Shown: positions 7,921 to 16,200 of the stretch, piece by piece
How positions within the stretch are numbered: the first letter of the stretch is position 1
Layout of the letters: the number at the start of each line of letters is the position of its first letter
Source: Planctomycetaceae bacterium
Lineage (GTDB): Bacteria; Planctomycetota; Planctomycetia; Pirellulales; Thermoguttaceae
Direction of reading: 5' to 3'
Assembly (NCBI GenBank): GCA_031274385.1
Contig: JAISQH010000381.1
Coordinates: 1 to 24,337 of the forward strand
Length of the DNA: 24,337 nucleotides
Notes under the pieces: generated by a model
Told to the model about the DNA's origin: nothing
What the model saw: the letters and a program-made list of their open reading frames with translations, nothing else
The model's database searches: none
Program-made: the position numbers and the translations under genes

Positions 7921-8440
7921 ACCGAAAGGACGTGAAAATCCAGCAAATCTGGCGCAACAATCCGATGGTTGCGAATGTTGTTACGTAAAGCATCAAAAAT
8001 GTACCGATTACCGAAAAACTCCAGAACATTTTCCATTGCTTGCCGACAATCAGTTTGCCGACAAAATGAACGGAAAGTAACGTAATCATCAAAGCAATAA
8101 TTCCTGTTATTATTGCCGGTGTGTAAAACTGAACTTGCGGAAGAACGCGCAACGGAAACAAAAACCAACCGAACAATAAATTTTGTACCGGCGTTTCGGC
8201 TCCGATCAAGTAAGAACCTTCAACACCGTAAAAAAGCCGTTCGCGTTGCCAACGGTTCGGATCAAGCATTTCACGACCAACTTGATTCATTACCAAAACG
8301 ACAACCGTAAAAAGCATCCAACCAACAACAAAACGCAATCCGTCACAATACCGCAAATTCCAAGGCGAAAAACAAACAATCACCGCCGGAACAATCAACA
8401 ACACTGCAACAAAAAATGAAATCGCATCAAGATACGGCAT
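7910..8440 (-). CDS. Hypothetical membrane protein (176 aa, about 4 TM helices)
   Basis: Hydrophobic helices and the motif LLFGWFLFPLRVLPQV...W...IGLLRQICW. Converges on and overlaps the barrel gene stop. Confidence 0.7.
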   Translation of the reverse strand: MPYLDAISFFVAVLLIVPAVIVCFSPWNLRYCDGLRFVVGWMLFTVVVLVMNQVGREMLDPNRWQRERLFYGVEGSYLIGAETPVQNLLFGWFLFPLRVLPQVQFYTPAIITGIIALMITLLSVHFVGKLIVGKQWKMFWSFSVIGTFLMLYVTTFATIGLLRQICWIFTSFRFTT

Positions 8441-8462
8441 TGGATTTTGAATGAGTTTTGGG

Positions 8463-8767
8463 TTATCTTCGATGCTTCATCCAATCAACGGCTACTTTTT
8501 TAGTAACCGGTTCTTTGGGATGAGTTAGCCAATAGACTTCGTGAATACATATTACCATACTTATCGTTGCAATAATAAAAGCACAAAGTAATCCGGCAAC
8601 TGCAACAGATTGCCGAAAACGCCAATGTTTCAAAAATTCAAATGGTTTGGCGGGAAGACGAATAATGAATTGATGAGTAGCAATCGGAAGACAAAATAAC
8701 GCAACCAAACCGATTCCGATTGCAAGCGGTTCGTGTTGAAGTCCGTTGATGAAGTGATTGATTCCAA
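8463..8767 (-). pseudogene. 5'-truncated membrane protein remnant, similar in layout to 7910..8440
   Basis: The frame is open upstream of the track TTG start (LGINHFINGLQHEPLAIGIGLVALF...) with no ATG, and runs into the element end at 8768. The C-terminal W...HEVYWL parallels W...RQICWI. Confidence 0.55.
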
Positions 8768-9057
8768 GTAACTGTCTATTTTATTTTTCAAGTTTGCGCA
8801 CGAAGGCACGAAGAACACAAAGAGGATATTTTAGTTTTGTCAACAAATTTAACAGATTGAACAGATTCGTTTTTTATAAAAATCGGTTCAATCTGTTCAA
8901 TCTGCATAATCTGTTGACAATAATGGAACAAGTCTATTTATTTTTCGTTGCGGATAAAGACATAAAAGACGCAAAGAAAATTGATCCGTTTAGAATCAAA
9001 ACCTTCGTGTTCTTTGCGCTTTTGTACGAAACATTAAAAAACAAAAGAGACAGTTAC
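8768..9057. mobile_element. 290-bp non-coding MITE/REP-like element with GTAAC...GTTAC termini
   Basis: Left end GTAACTGTCTATTTTATTTTTCAAG vs reverse complement of right end GTAACTGTCTCTTTTGTTTTTTAATG. About 55-bp imperfect inverted arms with 9-nt periodicity and a nested hairpin at 8837-8920. No transposase and no clear target-site duplication. Confidence 0.7.
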
Positions 9058-9066
9058 ATTGCATGA

Positions 9067-9093
9067 TTTTGTCCTCCGTATTTTGTCCTCCGT
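9067..9093. repeat. Direct repeat TTTTGTCCTCCGT x2 (14-nt period)
   Basis: Copies at 9067-9079 and 9081-9093. Confidence 0.7.
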
Positions 9094-9150
9094 TTTCAAT
9101 CTCCCCATTCTATCTCACGCCGAAAAAAATACAAGCAAGTTTAAAATGAG

Positions 9151-9235
9151 TTACGCACAAAGGCACCAAGAGCACAAAGATGGGATTGAAAAATTTTTTC
9201 CATTGCTTTGCGTCTTTGCGTGCAATTCTTAAAAA
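9151..9235. repeat. Partial copy of the 9-mer palindromic element
   Basis: Left arm TTACGCACAAAGGCACCAAGAGCACAAAG. Right arm CTTTGCGTCTTTGCGTGCAATTCTTAAAAA (9206-9235) matches 18859-18888 at 28/30. GTAAC/GTTAC termini are not in register. Confidence 0.7.
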
Positions 9236-9622
9236 TGGCTCTTGATAATTGGGTTGCTGTTTTACTTCAAAAGTTACTTGATCTTTTTCATTTGAAATTG
9301 AGTAAACGTTACGAGGAATCGTCGAAAGGGCAACGCCGGGCGATTTGCATTATTTTGGCGATGTGCCAGAATCCCGATGTTCTGATTATGGACGAACCGG
9401 CATCAGGACTCGATACATTGGCACGGCGGCATTTTCTTACCGAAATTCTGGACATTGTCTGTAACGAAAATAAAACCGTACTTTTTTCTTCGCACATTTT
9501 GGGCGATATTGAGCGGACGGTTGATTCGGGTGGCGATTTTGTCACAAGGTCATCGGATTCTTGAAGGCGAGTTGGATTTGCTCAAGGAAACCGTGCGGCG
9601 AATAACGTTGCGCGGCGAAAAA
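9236..9622 (+). pseudogene. ABC transporter ATP-binding protein remnant, 5'-truncated and frameshifted
   Basis: Signature SKGQ, Walker B LIMDEPASGLD and H-loop LFSSH are present; Walker A is absent. Removing one T at 9525/9526 restores IERTVD-RVAILSQGHRILEGELDLLKE. Confidence 0.85.
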
Positions 9623-10042
9623 ATTGATGAAACATTCTTGGTTTATAGGGCGTCCGTCAATTTGAACAATAATTTGGAAACTGATTTTTTGAGTTCTTCG
9701 GTTGAGTTACCGGACTTTATTCTTGATCTTTTTGAAACAGCAGAGGAAACGGAAATCTTTGTATTAGCGGAAAGGTTAGCGTCGTGTTCCTCGCCGAAAG
9801 CGCAGCATCTTTTGGAAAAATGGACACACACAGAAAATAAAACATTGAAGTCATGGGTGATGCGTTATCTGAAATTCTGGAAGACAAACCAAACGATTCG
9901 GGAACAAAAAAAGGAATTGTTCCGCAAACTGGTCGAAGAAAAATTGACGCCCGATGACTTGTTGCTTCCACAAAATCCCTGGGTCTGGAAAAATGACCAG
10001 TACGTTGAAGTCAGTAGCCAGTTGTCAGTAGTCATTGGGTAA
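9623..10042 (+). other. Open frame continuing from the ABC remnant; probably a fragment of an unrelated helical protein
   Basis: Long open frame with protein-like composition but no ABC similarity that I can recognise. Its last codons come from a heptamer array. Confidence 0.35.
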
Positions 10043-10096
10043 TAAAAATAAAATCGTTTCCCTAATTTTCAATTGTCAATTGTCAATTATCAATTT
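10011..10096. repeat. Two heptamer arrays (TCAGTAG CCAGTTG TCAGTAG TCATTGG; CTAATTT TCAATTG TCAATTG TCAATTA TCAATTT)
   Basis: Read directly at 10011-10038 and 10062-10096. Confidence 0.8.
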
Positions 10097-10099
10097 CAT

Positions 10100-10127
10100 T
10101 AAACATCTTTTGGTGTGATGCCGATAA
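10100..10127 (+). promoter_or_regulatory. Sigma28 (FliA/SigD/WhiG)-type promoter TAAA-N16-GCCGATAA
   Basis: TAAA at 10100-10103 and an exact GCCGATAA at 10120-10127, 95 nt upstream of the autotransporter ATG. Confidence 0.65.
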
Positions 10128-10222
10128 AAGCGATGATACAGCCATTTTGGCTGGCGTGAACGCATTGACCGGTTTGCCTAGGTTGCCCGGTTTTACGTCA
10201 AGTTAGACAAGGAAGTCTCAAC

Positions 10223-13200
10223 ATGCTGCGTAGATCATCCATTTTGTCGATCTGCTTCCTCTCGTTCCTAGCCCTCTTTGCGCTTACGGCAGAAGGACAG
10301 ACACACATCTATCATATTGGGATTCTGCCGACGCTTGAAAACGGTCAACCGAATCCGGCTTATCAACCGGATGGCACGGTGAATGGAAATAATTATTATT
10401 TTGATTCGCTTCAATCATTAAAGAAAACTTTTCCGACATATTATTATTTTTTACAAAAAGAAGGTTCCTCAGTCGAATTAAGATTATATTCTGACCAAGT
10501 GATACCCAATCCGTCTGAAACCGGTGACTTTTATTCCATTTGGACTGAACTTTCAACAACAAAAAATGTATGGATTACTTCGGTAGGCGGAACGAAAACA
10601 ATTTCAATTCCCGATAACGAACAGGCAGATGCTGACTTTTTACGTATGAACTCTTCTAATCTGAAAGTCAACCTGAACATGAGTAATGTTCGTATCAAGG
10701 CGGGAAGCAGTACGTCATCGAATCGGTACGCAACAAGTGTCTTTGGCGGTAATTTTAGCGCGGAAGGTGTTACCTATTTTGACGGCGGCTCAGTTTTTGT
10801 TACTAATTCAGGAAATCTCCATTCTATTGTCAATTTAAATGGTACGGCTTTTGTTGGGAATTCAGCAAGTCCGGCGAGTAATGATGCTATTTTATCTCTC
10901 AATAATATCAGTTCGGTCGATTTGAGCAATACGACTTTTACCGATAACAATGCCAAGTGGCAGGTGTACGTTTTTACGGATAGTTCCACGTATTCGTCAC
11001 CGCCGAATATCAATATTCAACTCGGAGCGACGGAAGAAGGAACGGTGTCGATTCTCGGCAATGCTGACGATAGTGGAGGAGGAATTTTTCTAGGTGGAAA
11101 TGTTAATTCCGATACCTCTTATACTGTCAATATTAACGGAGATGGTGATTTCTATCAAAACCAAAAAATTGTAACTGATGAACAGGGAAATTATTCATTG
11201 ATCGTGAATAAACTCGGTTCGGGAACATGGTATGTTGCTGATGGAATTACCAATGAATTCAAAACCCAAGGAACCAATACGACCATGAATATTAATGGCG
11301 GGACTCTGGAAATGGGTAAGAATTCGGGATTCGAAGTTTCTGGGAATGAGACAACTTTTCATTTGACGGATAGTACGTTGAATATGGGCAGTGATTCGGT
11401 ATTCGATGTTCAAGGACGCACATTAGATGTTAGATTTGAAAATAGTACATTAAATATAGGTGAAGGCTCGGAATTTAAATTTGTTTCAATAAATAATTGG
11501 CCCACCCCTACTATTTATTTTAATGAAAGTATTGTGAATTTAGAAAAAGACGCGGTGATGAGTCTTCGCGGAGACCAAGCAAGATTTCAATTGGTTTCAA
11601 GTCTGGAACAGAGCAACACCTTGAATATGGGAGAAAATTCGAAAATTATTGTGAATTCAGAAAATCTTAGCGACATATCGTTCGCGTTTGCTAATGTCAC
11701 TATGGGACGAGGTTCACAATTAATTACAACAGTGGACTCCGTTGGCACTCGCACCATTGATTTTTTTGAAACTACAGTAACACTCAAAGGAAACAATTTT
11801 GTCCAAAGTCAAATAGTGGGATTTGCTGGTGTGACTTTCAAGATTGATGCAGAAACTTTGAAGTTATCCGAGAACAGTCAACCTGTACTTACCCTTAATG
11901 CTGACATACTAGGTGATGCCAGTGCTACGTTTGATATTTATGGTGTTCATAGCAATATCGTTCATCAGGAACTCGCTCGAAACATAGGGACTGGTACTTT
12001 TACTATCAATAATATTATTTATAAAGTTTTATTGGATGGACAAACTATTAATACGATACTTGGTGTCCCTTTTAATAACCGGGCAAGTGCCGCGATTTCA
12101 GGTAGTGCTGATAGTAAATCGCTTTATCTTGATGTCACTTTTGACAACAAGATTTTGCGATGGACAGGTATGGGAGATAACACTTGGGACTTGGTAACCT
12201 ACTTTAACAATAACAGCAAAAATTGGCGATATGAAGAAGAAAACTCACAAAATTTTATTGAAACAGGTTATATATTTAGCGATGCCGTAGTTTTCGATGA
12301 CTTATCTCCTCGTGATTATACAATTAATGTTCTTCAATCCGGCGTTTATATTTCGCAACAAAATGGTTATCTGACGGATATTGTACCGAATGAGAACGGA
12401 GATTTTGAACAACATTTTGTGACTGAATACGGAATGAGGGTCAGCGGTACGCATAACTGGACATTTAACAACGGTTCGATCAACGACGATTTCAATCCCG
12501 ATCCTGCCGCAACTTTTATTGATCAGAAAAAACATGTTGCCCGGCTAACCTTTGATGGAACGGGAACGCTTCGACTCAATAATACTGATGCCAATAAATT
12601 TCACGATGGGCTTCTTATTGGAAATAATATTTCGATAAGTCAAATGTCGGTTGCGCGTCCTGATTCATTAGGAAGCGGCGAATACGCCGGTGAAATCACC
12701 GACATTGATGATCCAAACAATAATAAATCCGGCAACAAATATGTTGTTCAGCATGAAGGTTACGGTATTATGTTTGTCGGCAAAGGCGGGAATATCCAAA
12801 TCGACAATGGGAATGGAGCAGACGGAAACGTGTTGGATCAGCGGATTTTTGTACAACAAGGTACGAATGGAACTCTTGCTGTTACCGATAATACACAAGA
12901 AACCATTGTCACCGCAAGCGATTCCTATTACAACAATCGGGACAATTTCGACACGCCGATTATTCATGGCGGTGTTATTGTTGTGGAAAGCGGCGCAACA
13001 TTCACGATGACAGGCAACTTTCATTTCAAAGATAACAATAAATTTGTACAACAGGAAAATTTCGATGGCGGTGTTCTTTGGGCGGGTGTTGGTACGAGTG
13101 TGACGGTGAACGGAAATTCTTACTCAAAGAACGCGGCACGTGAAAACGGCGGTGCTGTTTATCTGAGTGGCGGAACAAACGCTGAGGGAGAAAATGCAAA

Positions 13201-16200
13201 ATGGATTGCTTCGGATTCTTTGTTTTACAATAATATTGCAAAATATGGCGGTGCGGTTTATATCAACGACACGACAAATGTTGATCTTTCTAACACTGAA
13301 TTCAAATTCAATGGCGTTGTTGTACAAGAAATCTTGGATGACGATGGTAACCCGATAGAAGTTGCTGATTTCAATAATGTTATAACACAACAAGGCGGTG
13401 TCATTTACGCCAAGAGTGGAAGTAATTTCGTTACCGATAATCAAGAAAACGGTTCACGTTTTATACAAAATGGCGCGGTCGGAGATGGCGGTGCAATTTT
13501 TATCGGTGATGACACGAGAAGTAGTTCGCTTGCGATACAAAATGCCCAATTTTCAGAAAACGTTTCTAAAACAGGTTCCGGCGGTGCTATTTACAGTACG
13601 AAAACGAAAATCATCGGCGATAATACGGTATTCGATGGAAACATCGCCGGTCAATCGGGTGGTGCTTTGTACGTTAATGCGGTTAGTGAATCAGAACCTA
13701 TCTCGTTAGCAGAAACAACATTTCGTAACAACGAAGCCATTGTCAGCGGCGGGGCAATTTATTTGAATCCGGCAGCGAACAATGCAATCTTGAATATCAG
13801 TCAGGCTTACTTCATCAACAACCTCACTCATAGTAACGACTCACAAGGCGGAGCGATTTTTGCCGGAGGAACCGGAATTAGAATTAACGGAACAAGATCT
13901 GTTTTCCAAAACAATATGGTTGGTGAAAACAAAACGGGAAAAGGTTATCAAGGCGGAGCAGTTTATCTTGGCGATAATGGTACATTAAACATGGCTTCAT
14001 CTACGTTTCAGGGAAATCGGGTTAATGTTGAAACAACAGAGAGTCAGGGCGGAGCCATTTACACCGGAACCGGAGCAAACATCACTCTCAGTAACGGGTT
14101 ATTGGAAAAAAATATCGCGTATGCAGACGGTGGAGCGATTTATTCCGTTGGAAACAATAACACAAACAATAACGGAACTTTGACCATTAACGGAACAAAT
14201 TTCATATCAAACCAATCCGAAAATGCCAACGGCGGAGCCATTTTCACCGGCTATACCATTATTAATGCTGATGAAGCGGTCTTTTCAGAAAATATTGCGG
14301 ACAAAAATGGCGGGGCTTTGTTTATTTCGGGAGTCAATAAAGAAACTTCCTTCATTGACCTTAAAAATGTACAATTTGACCAAAATGACGCCGAGAACGG
14401 TAGCGGCGGTGCAATTTATCTCGACGCCACTGGTTATGCCGCAGGACTGCCGGATGACAATTATCAACTGACACTTGATGTTAGCGGTACAAAATTCCTC
14501 ACCAATGCCGCGCAACAAGATGGCGGAGCGATTTATGCGAAAACGAATACAATTGTTAATGTCAAGACACTCGATAATGGATTGGCTTGGACAGTATTCG
14601 GAGTTGCTGATGCCAAAGTAGATGAAGACGAAATAACGGACGGAAATAAAGCTGAACGTAACGGCGGAGCGATTTATATTAACGGTGAACAAAATCAAAA
14701 GGCGACTTCACAATTGGATGTTGACGGCGCAGTTTTTGAGTACAATATTGCGGGAGAAAACGGCGGAGCCGTGTATCTTCGTTACGCCGATGCAGAGATT
14801 GCTAATGCCGCATTTACCGGCAATATTGCAACGAGATTTGGCGGCGGTATTTATTACGAAAATGAAAACGGAAAAGAATTGAAAATCAAAAATGTTCAAT
14901 TTTCCGAAAATCAGGCAACTTCCGGCGGTGCCGTGTATCTGGTCAATCCGACAACATTGAATATAAGTGACACAAACTTTTCTAATAATCAGGTATCTGG
15001 AAACGGTGACGGCGGAGCCATTTATTTTAACTCCGGTAATTCAACACTCGATATTACCGGAACAACATTTCAGAACAATACTGCAACAGGAAGCGGCGGC
15101 GCAGTTCGTTTGCAAAACAATTCTGCGATTAAAGCAGATAAAGTGAATTTTTCCGACAACAAAGCGGCTAGCGGCGGCGCGGTTAAAATTGGTAACATTG
15201 CGGACATTCAAATAGCCGGTTCGACATTCTATCATAATGTTGCAACAAACGGCAACGGCGGAGCCATCGAAATTGATGATAAGCGTACTACTAATTTGAA
15301 CCCGGACGAGATGAATCGCTTAAATATAACGTCCACTAATTTCAGTCATAACATTTCGGAAACGGGAAGCGGCGGAGCGGTGTACGTTAGCAACGCAGTT
15401 CTCAACACTGACAGTGTTACGTTTAGCAACAATAGTGCCGCTCAAAACGGCGGCGCGTTGTACGCTGAAAATTCCGATCTGAATCTTAAAAACACCGCCT
15501 TTACAGGAAATGAAACAGATCAGAAAGGCAGTGCTATTTACTTTTTGACAACAAATAATCAAAATCGTGAAATTATTCGGAAAATTAATCTGGAAACTTC
15601 GGACAATAAATCGGGTAGTTTTACCGGCAACCGATCCAACGGCAATATTGCTAATTCGATTTATTTTGACGGTCAAGGCACAAACGTTACGAATATTCTT
15701 TTGAATGTTACGACGGGCGCGAATACGATATTGAATATGACTGATCCGATGTATGTGGACGACACAAATCAAAAAATAGAACTCGCTATTGTCAAAAACG
15801 GAGACGGAAAATGGTCGCTCGGCGGGAGCAATGATTTTACAAAAACAGAAATCGGAACCACAATTGTTGTCAACGGCGGGACTTTTGAGTTACAAAATGG
15901 TGCCGAACTTCTTCTTACCAATACCAATATTAAGGAAGATAACGTAACCGATCATTTTCAATTAAATGACGGCGCGACATTCGCAACGGTTGGTCTTACG
16001 GATTCAGCAAGTCAGTTGAGAACAACATCGCTCGATTTTGCCGCCGGTTCAAAAATGCAACTTGGCGGAAATCTGGAACTCAATATTGGTAACGATTACA
16101 CAATTTCTTCAACTCTGAGCGGCAACGGCGGTTTCACAAAAGAAGACAGTCGTACCTTGAATTTCAGGGGCAATACAAATAATTATAACGGAAATGTTGT

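Noticed and set aside
8758-9066. 102-aa plus-strand ORF and 62-aa minus-strand ORF over the element
   Set aside because: They are translations of repetitive non-coding palindromes with no protein-like features.
8768-9235. CRISPR array
   Set aside because: The repeats are inverted and 9-periodic, not direct repeats with unique spacers, and there are no cas genes.
10131-10222. c-di-GMP-I riboswitch in the autotransporter leader
   Set aside because: It lacks the GNRA tetraloop and the GGCAAAC/GACGCAAA conserved segments; only generic hairpins are supported.
13148-15466. DGR template/variable repeat pair in the passenger
   Set aside because: There is no long near-identical DNA pair with adenine-specific mismatches and no reverse transcriptase; similarity is limited to short protein motifs.
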